Assembly: GCF_018350175.1 (NCBI RefSeq)
Contig: NC_058368.1
Coordinates: 176,082,001-176,146,000 of the forward strand
DNA: 64,000 nucleotides
DNA from: Felis catus
Lineage: Eukaryota
Reading direction: 5' to 3'
Numbering within the stretch: the stretch's first letter is position 1; each line of letters begins with the position of its first letter. Of the stretch, positions 1 to 13,123 are shown in pieces. Both the position numbers and the translations under genes were made by a program. The notes under the pieces are model-generated. The model was not told where the DNA came from, searched no databases, and saw only the letters and a list, made by a program, of their open reading frames with translations.

Positions 1-526
1 AAAAGTTATTTATTTAAAAAAAAATAATGATAATAAGAGAGAGAGAAAATTTTAAAAAGTCTGTATAAAGCACCTTCTATGCCCCAGGCTTGGGAGCATA
101 CAACTAATTATAAAAGACAGCCCACTTGGGAGCAAGGCGGACTATAAGGCCTTTGTGCACCAGGTGCTTCAAAAGGACAGATCTAACAAAATCACTTAAA
201 TGGGAATTAGGGCAAGTCCTGGCAATTGTATTAGACGATTTTGCTTGCCAGTGGCAGCAGCCCAATTCAAACCGCTTTAAGCCAACAAAGGGAATTTATT
301 GGCTAAAAAGGTCAGGGTTGCAGCTTCAGGCATAGTTGGATCCAGGCTCAAACGGTGCCATGAGGACTTAGCCGCCTCCTCTCCATCTTTCAGACCCGAT
401 TCTCTCCATGCCAGCCTCCTTCTAGGATGCCATGTGGCATCCCTTGGATGCTGCAGGCTTACAGCCTCCTTCCTACTGGCAGTCACAGAGGAAAAAAATT
501 TCTCCTTCCCAAGGGTTCTCGTTGGC

Positions 527-528
<2 letters not shown>

Positions 529-570
<42 letters not shown>
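529..570. repeat. (GT)21 microsatellite
   Basis: Read directly. Confidence 0.95.
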
Positions 571-574
<4 letters not shown>

Positions 575-2063
575 CACAGTCACTGTGGCCAGGGAGAAGA
601 AATACACTGATTGCTCAGAGCAGAGCCATGTAGGGAGTATCCGATACAAGGATTTGGAGCTCTGAGAGGAAGGCCTGGACTGGAGACTTAAAAGGGATTC
701 GTTGGGATAAAGATAGAGCCAGGGTTGCCAGCTTTGCCACTGCCCAGCTGTGGGGCCTTGAGGGGGTCAGAGTCCCCCTGTGAACCTGTTTCCTCATCTG
801 TGAATGGGGTTAACAGTGCCGGCTACAGAGGACTGCTATGGAGATAGAGCGAGATAATCTATGTAAGGTGCCAAGCACAGTGCACTCAACAACAGTAATG
901 CTATTCTTTTTTCTATTTGCCACTTGTTTCTCACTTTATTTCCCTTTTCTCTGTTTCTACCTTAAGACTGCCAGAGACTTTGCCACCCTTCAGCATTACT
1001 CAGTGCCCCGGGAAGTGCTGGAGGTGGAGAGACGGCAGGGGGCTGGGAGCGTAGGGCCTCGTTGCACCCATCTCTCCATTGGCTTCAGCGTGTTCCATCT
1101 CGCAGCCGCAGCCTGGGAGGCAGGGCTGGGGCATGCCAGGTGCCCTGGAGGGGCCGAGGCCGGGGTTGGGTTCCTAGGGATCTGGGGCTGGAGCAGGAAT
1201 TTCCACCCAAGCCATCATGAGCTATCAAGAACCACAAGGCCAGGAAAAGGACCACCAGGAAAGCCAAATGCAGAGCCTCCAAACACGCATCTCTGGCTGG
1301 GAAGCATCAAGGTGGGAATGGGGTTGGGACTGCCGGGGAAGAGTGGGGAACAGGAAAGGGAAGCAGAGGGAAGGGACAGAGAAGTGACCTTCGGAATCTG
1401 ACCCTCACTAGAGGCCGGGGAAACACAGCCCGGCAGCTCTCGGGCCAAGTCCAGGCCATCCCTGAGTTCTGAGAGGCTGGAGAAATTCTTTGAATTCGGA
1501 AAAACATCAGGATAACTCCACCCACTGTTCCTGGAAAGGGCCACACGATGACAGCAATCACGGCCCAGATGTGGGTGGGAATCCAGTGAGGAGCAGTCAC
1601 AAGGAAGAAAGAGCAGGCCACTGGTTTGGGGAGGCCATCCCCAAAGCCTCACAGGTCCTTCCTTCCCTTTTCTCGCCTCCTCAAGAGATTCTTGTCACTG
1701 AGAACCTCCCTCCAGACCTTCCCAAGTGCAGTCAGAGCAAGCCGAGCAGGGGAGATGTGCTCTACCAGAGGGTCTGCAGGAGAGCAGGTGTGACAGATGA
1801 CTCCGGCTTCCTGTCGTTTCTGGGTTGCAGGACTTTGAGCCTCATCTCCCAGTTTGGAGGGTTGGAATTAGCACCTGTCCCCTCAGACCCGTGCCGGGCC
1901 CCAGGTGGGAGCAAGATACGGCAGAGAAGGCAGTGAGAGCCATGAGCCTAGGGAAGCTTCTGGGCTCCCCCACTGCTCCACTCACCAACCACAGGACCTA
2001 CCCAGAGCAAGAACCCCTGGCCTAGGAGCCCCGGGGTGCAACTCTTAAAAGACCACTACCTCT

Positions 2064-2264
2064 GGGGGCGCCTGGGTGGCTCAGTCAGTCAAGCATCTGA
2101 CTCTTGGTTTCGGCTCAGGTCACAATCCCAGGGTCACGGGATCGAGCCCCCCATCACGTTCCCGGCTGAGCCTGGAGTCTGCTTAAAACTCTCTCCCTTT
2201 GCCCTTCTCCCCACTCGCTCTGTCTCAAATGAATTTTAAAAATTTTCTTAAATAAAAAGAATGG
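2064..2264 (+). mobile_element. CAN-SINE (older subfamily)
   Basis: GGGGCGCCTGGGTGGCTCAGTC head, CT-rich segment, A-rich tail; TSD AAAGA(C/A)CACTACCTCT at 2048-2063 and 2265-2280. Confidence 0.9.
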
Positions 2265-4127
2265 AAAGAACACTACCTCTTCCTCATCAGGTCCACCTGG
2301 CACAGACCCCGTGCATCACTGACCTTCTCTGAGTTGGCATTCCTCTCACTACAGCTCACTGGAGGGGGCAATGCAGCCAAATTCAGGACCTACCTTTTAG
2401 AGCCCCCTTGGCTGAGTTCAAATACTACCAAGGGGAATGAGCGAGTCATTTCCCCTTTCTGGGCCTCAGTTTTGCCATCTGTAAAATGGTGATAATAACA
2501 GCTGCTATGTTAAATTAAATGAGTTCGGCAACCAGCACATAAAAACTCACTCAGTGATGGTAGCTGCTGTCACTGATGTTGTTGTTGTTGTTGTTTTATT
2601 GTTGTCGTTAGTGTTACTAGGTTTCGGGGGGCGAAAAGAGGTCTCCAGCAAAATATTTCAAAATCCAGATTCAAGAGAGGCAACTCACAACTTAAAGGTC
2701 AGTTTTATCGTTCCTTTAACAGTCCTTTATCGTTCTTTTATCGTGTCTATCTTTCTACTTTTCTTATCTCCTGGGTACCTTCTTTGCAAGATTGCCCAGA
2801 TATCTGCCCTCCGAGGATCAGCATTGCAAAAGTGGATGTTAAAAGTCAGACAAGGAAATGGAAAAACAGCAGCTCAAGAACCAGACTGGCGTGCAAATGC
2901 TGGCATCCCATCCAAGGAGTGTGTGCCCCGGGAGCTGTCTGCCAGGCTCTGTCCAGGTCTGCCATGGTGGGGACAGTGCTGCTGCTGTTGTTATCTGGTC
3001 ATCGGACACGGTCACTCACCACATTCCCCAGCGGGGCTTATAGACAACAAAGGGGCCGAGGTAGTTTTCAAGGGCTGCGTGGCAACAGGGTGTCATTCTT
3101 CGCATATAAAGGTGACGTTACTGGTCTGCAGTCCCGAGCAAGAAGCCTCATCAAGCCCTGGAAAGGGATTGGCCCGGATCCTTCTCCAAGCTCCTCCCCC
3201 TGTATCTCTCCATTTGCCCCAAAACAGTGGGGCCCATTTGCAGGTCAGCTGGAGAAACGGAGAGGGCAGCCCTTGACCTGAGATGAAGAGAACAATCCAG
3301 CAGGCAAGGGGAAGGAGCACACCTCGGCAGCACGGGGCCTGCGCCCCACCCGCATCCACTGACTCGCCAGTGCCCTCTCCCTCACTGAGCTCTGGACTCA
3401 GCTGACGTTAGATGGAAGCTGGGCCCCCAGTGAAGAGACTGAGGGGAACAGGAGGTGAGAGAGAGGCTGCTCAGAGACATTGGAGCGTGGGCAGATGGAG
3501 AAAATTCAGGGAGGACTGAAAATGGTCCCCGTCTTCACACTAGCAGGCCTGGATTCTGGGTTCCAGCAGCAGAACCTTGCCTTGAGGGCTAAGGTGACCA
3601 GAAAAGGGAGTGGTGGCCCCAGGGAGTGGAAGACAACCGCAGGAAGACAGATGTGCAGGGCCAGGTGACTGAGAGGCAGGGAGGGGGAACAGGGTGGGGG
3701 GAATGAAGAGGAGAGATGGCAAATACAATGCAGCAAGTGTCCCACAGCCCCAAATCCGTGCCCTGTGTCCACACACATGTATGGCTTCATCGGGTCTTCC
3801 AGACTGTGCCCACACAGCTCTAGGGGGCCCTTAAATGCCGTGATCTACGCAAGTCACAGCCACTTGGGTTGTGCAGTGAACAGCCTGGGCAGCCCCTCGC
3901 CACACCCCTGGGACGCATCCATCCCCACTGGATGCTCTCCTCCAACTCTCTCTCTTTCACCTTGGCAGCCTCCACCCTAACCTTGCCCCTGACATTGAGA
4001 CAAAGGTGTAGAATGATCACGAGAGATGTGGCAAAGCTCCAAGAAAGGTAAACGGCCCCCAAAGGCTCTTCTGAAACACCAAGCTCCAGGCCTGCTCTCT
4101 CTCCTATTAAAGGGACTGCGGCCCCAC

Positions 4128-4130
<3 letters not shown>

Positions 4131-4167
<37 letters not shown>
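4131..4167. repeat. poly(A) tract
   Basis: Read directly. Confidence 0.9.
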
Positions 4168-4169
<2 letters not shown>

Positions 4170-4479
4170 TTATTGAATCCACTGCAAGGCAAAGGCCACT
4201 GCACTCACCCCTCCCACTTGTGCCATCCTGCTGGCAGCTGAGTCAGGAGCCACCCAGGCCCTCGCTCACAGGCGGGCCCACCATATCATAGGTACACACC
4301 TGCCACGGCGGCCCCCTCCCCTGCCCAGGGAGAGCCAGGCTAGACCCAGCCCCACCACGATCGAGGAAGACACAAGTGGTCTCCTATACAACAAGTTTCC
4401 TCTGTATCACCCCGCAAACTGCCTGCCCCTTCCTCCTCAATAACACACATGGACATTGCTCAGACACCTTGCTGAGTGA

Positions 4480-5646
4480 AGCCAGACTCTCGCTCCTAGA
4501 ACCAGCAGATAAGTTATGCTTTGTCTGAGCCAGTCTCGGCCATCCTGCTCCTCTTTGCCAGTGAGAGTCCAGGAATGGTCGTGTGACCCAGCTCTGGTCA
4601 ATGAGATGTAAGAAGTCTGCCAAGATTTTCTGAGGTTGCTGACCCAAAAAAAAGAGCACTGTGGGAAATGTCCTCTTTGGCATCCTGCTCTATGTGAGGA
4701 TGTGTGGCCTGGAGCGGCAGCAACCATCTAGTGACCTAGAGGACAGATGTAAGACCAACATGCTAAAGCCAGTGGCGTAGAAAGAGAAGGCCTTGTTTGT
4801 AGCAGCACCATCGACAATAGCCAAAGTATGGAAAGAGCCCAATGTCCATGGATGGATGAATGGATGAAGAAGATGTGGTGTATATATATGCATACATATG
4901 TATGCATATATACGTATACATTATGTATGCATATATATAGATATATATGCATATATATGTATACATATATGTACGTATATATGCATATATACGTATATGT
5001 ACATATATGTGTGTATATATGCATATATGTCTATATGGTGTATATATATATACATATACACATACACACACACACATATATGCACACACACACAATGGAG
5101 TATTCCTCAGCAATCAAAAAGAATGAAATCTTGCCATTTGCAACTACGTGGATGGAACTGGAGGGTATTATGCTAAGGGAAATTAGAGAAAGACAAAAAT
5201 CATGACTTCACTCATATGAGGACTTTAAGAGACAAAACGGAAGAACATAAGGGAAGGGAAACAAAAATAATATAAAAACAGGAGGGGGACGAAACAGAAG
5301 AGACTCATAAATACAGAGAACAAACTGAGGGTTACTGGAGGGGTTGTGGGAGGGGGGATGGGCTAAATGGGTCAGGGGCACTAAGGAATCTACTCCTGAA
5401 ATCACTGTTGCGCTATATGCTAACTAATTTGGATGTAAATTTAAAAAAATAAAAAATTAAATTTTAAAAAAAGAAAGGAAGAAAGAGAAGGCCTTGACCT
5501 CCGAGGCCATGTCAGGGCTACTGAGCCATACCTGCAAATGCCTTCTCCAGACTCTTTGTCCATGAGATCATTCAATTTTCTGTAGCTCAAGCCAGTGTCG
5601 GTGGGGTTTCTTGTTACTTGCAGCCAAAGGCGGTCTAACTGATACA
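4480..5646. mobile_element. Ancient ERVL/MaLR-type solo LTR split by an L1 insertion
   Basis: LTR16/MLT-like motifs (gtgacccagctctggtcaatgagatgtaag ... ttgttacttgcagccaaaggcggtctaactgataca); sequence is continuous across the L1 TSD. Left boundary approximate. Confidence 0.6.
4796..5479 (+). mobile_element. 5'-truncated carnivore/felid L1 3' end with expanded internal (TA/CA) microsatellite
   Basis: ORF2 C-terminal remnant ([27 protein letters not shown]), L1 3'UTR and A-rich tail; perfect 17-bp TSD AGAAAGAGAAGGCCTTG at 4779-4795 and 5480-5496. Confidence 0.92.
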
Positions 5647-6025
5647 ACGGTAGGCGAGTTCCTTTCCCTTCGCCCCACGGTGCCTTCTGGGGCCCAGGCT
5701 TGAGGTGCTCTTGCCCACCAGCTAGAGCATGAATATACACCCTTCTTGCCAGGCCCCCAGTGGCAACAGGAAATGCAGCCTGCCCCTGCCTGTCACTACC
5801 CAACCTGGGATCTGTGGACTCAGGCTTGTTCTGTTCCCTCCTCTCGCTGGTCAGCTGCCTCCTAGACCAGCCTCAACTTCTCTGCACCTCCATTTCCTTA
5901 TCTGTAAAATGAGGGCGATGGTTTTCTTTAAACTGCCTTATTTGCTCACCGGGTATCAGGGGATTAAGAACAGATTCGAGAGAGAACGAAGCAAAAGCAG
6001 TTTGTGCGTTTCAAAGTACTAGGTA

Positions 6026-6240
6026 GGGGCACCTCGGTGGCTCAGTTGGTTATGTGTCCGATTTCGGCTCAGTTCATGATCTCACGGCTCCTGAGTTCGA
6101 CCCCGCGTCGGGCTCTGTGCTGACAGCTCGGAGCCTGGAGCCTGCTTCGGATTCTGCGTCCCCCTGTCTCTCTGCCCCTCCCCCACTCAGGCTCTGCCTC
6201 TCCCTGTCTCAAAAATAAATAAACACACCAAAAAATTTTA
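6026..6240 (+). mobile_element. CAN-SINE (felid type)
   Basis: tRNA-derived head, CT tract, AATAAA tail. Confidence 0.9.
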
Positions 6241-8438
6241 TGAAAAGGGTTAAATAAGATTATGTATTCCTGGCACAAAATAGGTGCACAGTAAATTCGG
6301 TTCCCCTTGTCAGGAGATCCCACCAAGTCGGGCAGTGGGGCACGTTACTTTCATCAATCACACAGGTAAAGTCCAGCATTTTCTTCCAAGTCCAGTCCGG
6401 TGACCACATGCCCCAGAAGCACTGAGGTCCTCACAATAAACCTCCGAATTAGGATCTCCACAGCCAGGATCCAGGAGCTGCCTGTGAGCAAGCACACATC
6501 TACCCACCAGTTTGTTCCTGGTCCCAGAGCCCTGCAGTTTACACAGACCTATTTAGCACTCACCCAGTCAGGGGCCCCTGGGCCTGGCCTCCTGGCTCCT
6601 TGCCCCACACGCCACAAGGAGGGCAGTTGTAGCCTCTCCCGTTTCATGGAAGCTATCCAATGGAAGAGAGTACGTTGGCCTACCACGGTCCCTCCAAACC
6701 CCTAGAACAGCCTCCTAACCTCTCCTCTCCCTCCTCGCAGGTAAGGCCTCAGACAGCAGGGGGCCTTGAACCTCAAAAGACTCTTGGATATCCATGGCCC
6801 CCGCCTGCACTGACACCCTCCAGACCCGGCAGGCCCCTATATGAACGGCAGCCCCTGTAGCCCTGAGCCTCTTGGTGACTGTCCCAGGGACAGGTGTCCT
6901 AGACCTGACCACCCAGTGGCCTGCACCTGCCAAGGCAAATCCAAGCACTTCACAGCTGGGCTCTTCGGGCTGCCACACGGCGCCCCTCCCTCCTAGCTGC
7001 TCCAGCTCCTCACTCTTCTCCCAGCACCAGCAAGGCACCTCCCTTCTGCACCACATCCATTCCCCCACTCCCACCTCAGGGCCTTTGCTCATGCTGCCCC
7101 CTAGCCCAGAACGCTAGGATTCTCATCTCCCTAGTCAATCCTCCCCCGTTTCTAAGCCCCACTTGCTCCAAGAAGCCTTCCTAAACCCCTTTATTTTACC
7201 TGATGGCCAGTATCCACTGTCCATATCACAGCTTGAAACCCATGGTCATGTTCTGTAATTTACATCCATTCACCTGATTCAATAAAATACACAATGTCCT
7301 GGGTACTTTGTATGTACAAGGTAGCAGGGCAGGCATTGTGCAAAAAATGACACCATCCTGGCCCCAGTGAGCACAGAGGACCAAAACACCATAGAGAATC
7401 TTGGGCTAATCACACCTTCCCAACAGGCAATGGGAGCCATCCAGACAAGAGCCTCCCTTCCTCCTTTTCTCATCAGCCCTGGAGCCCAGAGGTTGCCTCA
7501 GGACAACGCAGCCTGTAAGAGCTCGGTACCTTTTACAGACGAAGAAACTCCGGTTCAGAAACGAAGTGACTTGCTGTGATCGCGCCAGTAACTCCCTGAA
7601 CGTGGATCCACACCCAGTCTGTGTGACCCCACCACCCACGGGAATTTCCTCTCCATCAGATGCCTCTCGTGTTAGCTTCCAATGACGACGTGTTAATTGA
7701 TTCATTACCGTTGTATCTTTCTTCCCCCGTGTGCTCCTACTTTTGTCTGGGATCTCACCTTCCCTGCTCACCCTGCATGGTGCACGCTCAGTAACTGTAC
7801 ATTCCCAGCTTGCCTCCTTCTCTTAAAGATCTCATCTCCCTCGGCCTTCAGGTCTCCTCCGGTAGCTTGAGCGGCAATTTCGTTTCCTATTCCATAGCGC
7901 CACCTGGCGTCCGTTGAGAGCACAGCGTGTTTTTGATCAAGCGGGCGAAGGGAGGAAGCCTCAGCGCCTCCTAGGTCTGGAGGTGATCCTGGAGGTGATG
8001 GGAATGTCACACCGGGAGCAAAACCAGAGCTTCCAGCCCAGCCTGCTCCACCTCCCCATGGGACTCACTTTTACACTGACTCCACTACAACACACCCTGC
8101 CTGCGTAGGAAACGGACATGGAAGCCGTCCCTTCCTGGCCCTGTGGTCTCCCGTGGCTCTGGCTGCTGCTGGACAGAATCCAGTACAGACCTGGGGACGC
8201 CGACCCTTCCGGGGAGTCCCGCTGGTCTATCAAGCCCCAGGCGGGGAAGGGGCCACCTGGACACAGAGGTGCCACACGGGGCTCTAGGCCACAAGCCAGG
8301 GGCGGGTCAGCACCAGCTCTACCCCAAAGCTTTAGCAAGCTGCCTCTTTCCTCTGACTCAAGAAACGCAAGGAAAACTGTCTTCATTCTTATGACATCAT
8401 TTTAAGTGATAAAGGCAGCATATGAAATGGTACAGCCT

Positions 8439-8667
8439 GGGGGCGCCTGGGTGGCGCAGTCGGTTAAGCGTCCGACTTCAGCCAGGTCACCATCTCGCGG
8501 TCCGTGAGTTCGAGCCCCGCGTCGGACTCTGGGCTGATAGCTCAGAGCCTGGAGCCTGTTTCCGATTCTGTGTCTCCCTCTCTCTCTGCCCCTCCCCCGT
8601 TCATGCTCTGTTTCTCCCTGTCCCAAAAATAAATAAACGTTGAAAAAAAAAATTAAAAAAAAAAAAA
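8439..8667 (+). mobile_element. Young felid SINEC_Fc
   Basis: CpG-intact body; TSD GAAATGGTACAG(C/A)CT at 8424-8438 and 8668-8682. Confidence 0.93.
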
Positions 8668-10199
8668 GAAATGGTACAGACTGGCTGATCTTTTATTCTT
8701 TCTATATAAACTTCCGTATGTTACAAAATCGTGAGTGTCTACATTAAAATGTTCACGAGGGTTATTTGTGAGTTGTAGAATTTTTCATATACTTTCCATA
8801 TACGCCAACATTTTCACAGTTTATCACGGAGTTGGGGGCAGAAAATGTGTTTAAGCTCTTTGGAAAATGGAAAACATTTCCAACATGCACTGGGGAGATA
8901 CGGTGTGGGAACTAGCTTTGGAAATGAGGTTAAAAGCCCAGGTCACTCACTCACAGTCTGAGTATCTCTGGGTAAGTCACCTTCCTAACCCTCCCATCCT
9001 GTCCATAAACCAGAAATAATTGTAGCTACCTATCTTACAGAGTTTTCACATAAATGAGATCACGTATGTGAATACACTGATATGGGATAAGTGCTCAATA
9101 AAGGTTCTTTGAGTGAATAGTGTTTCATACACTTAGGATTCAGTGACTCAATGCGAGTGACAGAAACCCAGCTCAATCTAAGAAAAAAAAAACAGTGGCA
9201 AAATATATTAAGTTACAACACTGAAAACTGAAAAGATTAGGGTTTCAGGCACAGCTGTATCAGGGTGCTCAAATGTTACTACAGATCTGCTTTCGCCATC
9301 TCTCAGTTCTTTTCTCCCCCCTACACTGGCTCAAGTCTCAGGCAGGTTTTCCACACGATGGTGAGATAGCCCTCAGCAGGCCTCCACTCATATCTCACCG
9401 TGTCAGGACCCTTACCAGGGAAGGAGCTTCCCTTTTCCAGTAATCCGACAAAAGTTCCTCAGCCCTGATCCGGACAGAGCCTGACTGTCAGGCTTGGAAA
9501 TTTACAAGCGCTTCCCTAAGATGGGGGCGCTCAGGGCCTGCCCCCACCCAAACCATGGAATTATTTGGGGGCTTTCCCCAAAAGAAGCTTGGAGTATAAT
9601 CACCAAAGGAAGCAGACATCCCCAACACACCCGTTAATCAAATAACACGGTGTAAAGGCTGTCACAAACATAGGGTCACACCTCCCTTAAGATATTCTGA
9701 CAATTAGCTTCAACAGCTGTAGAAAGAGCCATGCGAGAGTGGAGGGAGTGTGGGGCTAGGAGTTGGAAAGTCTGCATTCTAACCTGCAGCCCATCTCACG
9801 TGACCTCAGCGTGGCTTGGCGGGGTCTCAGCTTCTTCATGTGCCCATGCGGGGGCATCGGACAGTCTCACACGCTCACACACGCCTCTAGGACCAGGCGA
9901 TCGGCAAACGAGTGAAGGGGCCTGTTGCGCACCGCAGGAAGCCATACGACCCGTAAACCCAAGTGCCATCGAGAGGGCTGGGCCGCAGTGCCGTGTTGCG
10001 ACTCGGGGGCTCGGTGTTACCGCATCTTCTGGTTTTCCGAGGCATTCTGCGAAATCTGATTCGTCAGGGTCAAAAGCTAATTTGGTTGTGCTGATGGCTG
10101 CACGCCATCGTGAAATGCACGCCGCTGCGTGCTTCAGAAGGCGAACTGGATGGCGTGCGGAGTGTATCTCAGGGAGGCTGTTATAAACTAATGCAAAAG

Positions 10200-10555
10200 C
10201 TTTCTGAAGTTATTCAGCTTGCAAGGAATAAAGTACGGAAACACCCCGCACCGTTTTGAGGTGGACTCGCCTCAAAAACATTACGCAAAGTGAAAGAAGC
10301 CAATCACAAAAGGCCACCTGTTACATGATTCCATCTATGCGAAATATCCAGAGTAGAGAGTATCGACCAGCAACTCTGGTGGTTGCCAGGGTCTGGCGGG
10401 AAGGGACAATGGGGAGTGACTGGGGGGTCCTTCTGGGGTGATGGACATTGTTTGGAACCACACAGAGGTCGTACAACATCGTGAATGTATTAAATGCCAC
10501 TGAATCGCACACTTCAAAATGGTTAGTTTTATGTAATGTGGATGTTATCTCAAAT
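10200..10555 (+). mobile_element. Old L1M(B)-type 3' end fragment
   Basis: aaaacattacgcaaagtgaaagaagccaatcacaaaaggccac...gtggttgccaggg...tgaatgtattaaatgccactgaat pattern. Confidence 0.75.
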
Positions 10556-13123
10556 TGTTTTCGTCTAGCTTTTTAAACACCCCGCTAGCCAAATAAAACA
10601 AATCCATGGGCTAAACTGGGCCCAGTAGTTGCCGGTTTTTAATCTCCCTGAGGTCCTTCTAGCTCTCAGATGCCTTATTTCCAGGAACCAAAATGTCGCC
10701 TCCTGTCAGGGAAGCAGTGACCGGCTGACCGCAGTTTACGGCCAAGGGGAAGAGGCATTCTGTCTCCTAGAAACAGAACCTCCCAGAGATAATTTGAGGC
10801 CAGAAAATAAAAGTCTGCTCGAGCTGGAACCAGGCCAGGGTCTGGGGGTTTTTTCTAACTGCCCTTTGCCCCAACGAAGGGCAACAAATTGCATCTGGGT
10901 GACAGCGAATGGACTTTGTTGACATGGCCCAACTTTAATTTTTGTGAAGTGAATAATTAGGCTGTCATCCCTTCGCTCCAGAGCAATTAGTGGCCTGCAG
11001 GGGGATGAATGTGCCCTATTATCAAGGGGAATTATAAATAGAAGAGAGCGCAGGGGCGGGAGACCTGCACAGCATCACCTCCTGCCCTTCCGCGCGGCCG
11101 CCTGGTCTCCGCAGCCCGGCTGTGTCGACTCGCCTCCGGTTGACAGCTTGAATCCCAGCTGCCATCCGAAAGGGCTCTAAGCTCTGCCTCTGTCCTCTGA
11201 GCCTGTCCAGAGCAGGGCCAAGCAGCCCAGCTGAGCAGCAGGAGAGCAGGGCCTCCCAACTCCAGGGTCTGAAGGTGTCTGGTGCCGAGCAGAAGGGAAT
11301 GGTCTCTGCCTGACAGGCCAGGGTGTTGGGGACGCCGAGTGACAGCCTGCTCAGCGGTTCCCCGGGGTCACGGCAGGCTCCCAGCCAGGAGCAGCAGCCT
11401 CCAAAGGCACGGCCATGGCGGGAGGTTCACACTGGCCTCCTTTCTCTGTTTGCCTTGCTTCGACCAACATCTTGGACAAGTTCATGACCCCCTCTGCAAA
11501 CTCTTCTGTCTATCAGACTGGATGAAGACGGTTTCACAATTTGAGAAGGAAAAACGTTTGTCACTGTAAGGGGAAAGGGGCTGTCCAAAAACTGCAAATA
11601 TATATAGCCAGATGACAATTTTAATAATAGTTAACTTTTATAAAATGCTGTCAATGCACCAGGCAGTTTTTCTATATATGCTCACTGAAGCCTCCCCAAA
11701 CAGCCTCATGAGATACACCCTACTACTGTCCCCATTTCACAGGTTTGTAAACTAAGGCAGAAAACAATTAGCTAACCTGTCTAAGATACGCAGCCAGTAG
11801 GTAAAACTCAAACCCAGACACTCTGGCTCAAGTCCACGCTGTTAACTACTCTTTCTACAACTTATACTTTCTATGAGTGAAGCAGACCAGGTACAAGAGA
11901 CAAGAAGGAGGGGTGGGGACTGTGATGCTCTAGAAACCCGCACACCCAGACTGGAGGGGAAAGCTGCCAGTGAGTGTGCTCCCTGACGAGGATGAGGACT
12001 CCGATTTTTTTTTCAAAAGCTGGAAATACGAATTGAACATGAAATCTGATTTTCAAATATTGGCAACCAACTCCAAGTTTTAAAAAAAAAAACAAAACAC
12101 CGTGCTAATTAATTAACTAATTAATTAAAATGCAAAGATAAATAAATAAAAACACTGTGGAGGCCAAACAAAGAGACCCTTTCGGCCATCACTTTGTAGT
12201 CTTGATGCAAAGCGATGTTCCTCACTCACGGGTCCCGGCTCTGGCTTCACCGGGATTCAGTCTGAGTTGAAGTCCAGCCTCTTGCCTCTCTAAGGCATCT
12301 TTCCACGGAAAGAAATTGGGGCTTGCTGAGGGCTGTCTTGCCACCATGTAGAAAGAGCCTGCCTGAGATTTGAGCCAGTACAGGGAAAAGAGGAACTGGG
12401 AGATGGAGAAAGTAGGTCTTTAGTAACACCATTTGAGCACCCTGATACAGCTATGCCTGAAACCTTAATCTTTGCAGTTGTCAATGTTGTAACTTAATAT
12501 ATTCTGTCCCTCTTTCTTTAACTAGATTGAGCATTGAACTGTTCAATCCTAAGTGTATAAAATACCATTGACTCAAGGAAAATTTACTGAGAGCAAGAGA
12601 GAGGGAGAGAGAGAGAAACTACTCCACAGCCCGAGGACCTGGGCTACAGTCTGGGCTCTACCGTCAACCATGTAGCTTCAGACAAGCCACTTACCCATCC
12701 TGGCCCTCGTTTTCTCATGTATTAAATAGAGATGGTAATAATTTCTGTGTCACAAAGCTATTGGGGCCTGGATGAAAAGGACCAGGAACCAAGCCTGGGA
12801 CGCTATAAGGCACCCTACAGATGTGGGAGCCACCTTGTGCAGGTGGGCTCAGCCTGTAGTCGGCCAGGATAAGTAGAAGAGAAGCAGTCCCCGCCCTGTG
12901 CAGCCGACAGCCCATCTCACAGCTGCTCCCCCACCTTCCACCTTTCCACGCACACAGCCAGTGATGTCGAGACGAGCACACACGCCCTGGCACCTGTACA
13001 TCCAAGGCCCTGCTGACCTCGTCTCCACACGCCCCAAGATGGAGACCGCCTGCCTGCCTTGGCCAGTAGAGATTGCAGGCTGGCCTCTCACCTGACACAG
13101 AATTTTAAAATTAGAGGAATACT

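Noticed and set aside
2554..3276. 240-aa ORF on +
   Set aside because: Starts in MIR/(GTT)n sequence, has no recognisable domain or exon structure; chance ORF.
4728..5205. Y/I/H/M-rich ORFs on both strands
   Set aside because: Translation of the TA/CA microsatellite inside the L1 fragment.
8422..8643. Recurrent ORFs such as PGHDLAVREFEPRVGLWADSSEPGACF (also 18125, 32027, 42371)
   Set aside because: CAN-SINE translations, not a gene family; the SINE heads are tRNA-derived but are not tRNA genes.
12106..12128. TAATTAATTAACTAATTAATTAA homeodomain-like array
   Set aside because: Embedded in A-rich low-complexity sequence; more likely simple-repeat slippage.
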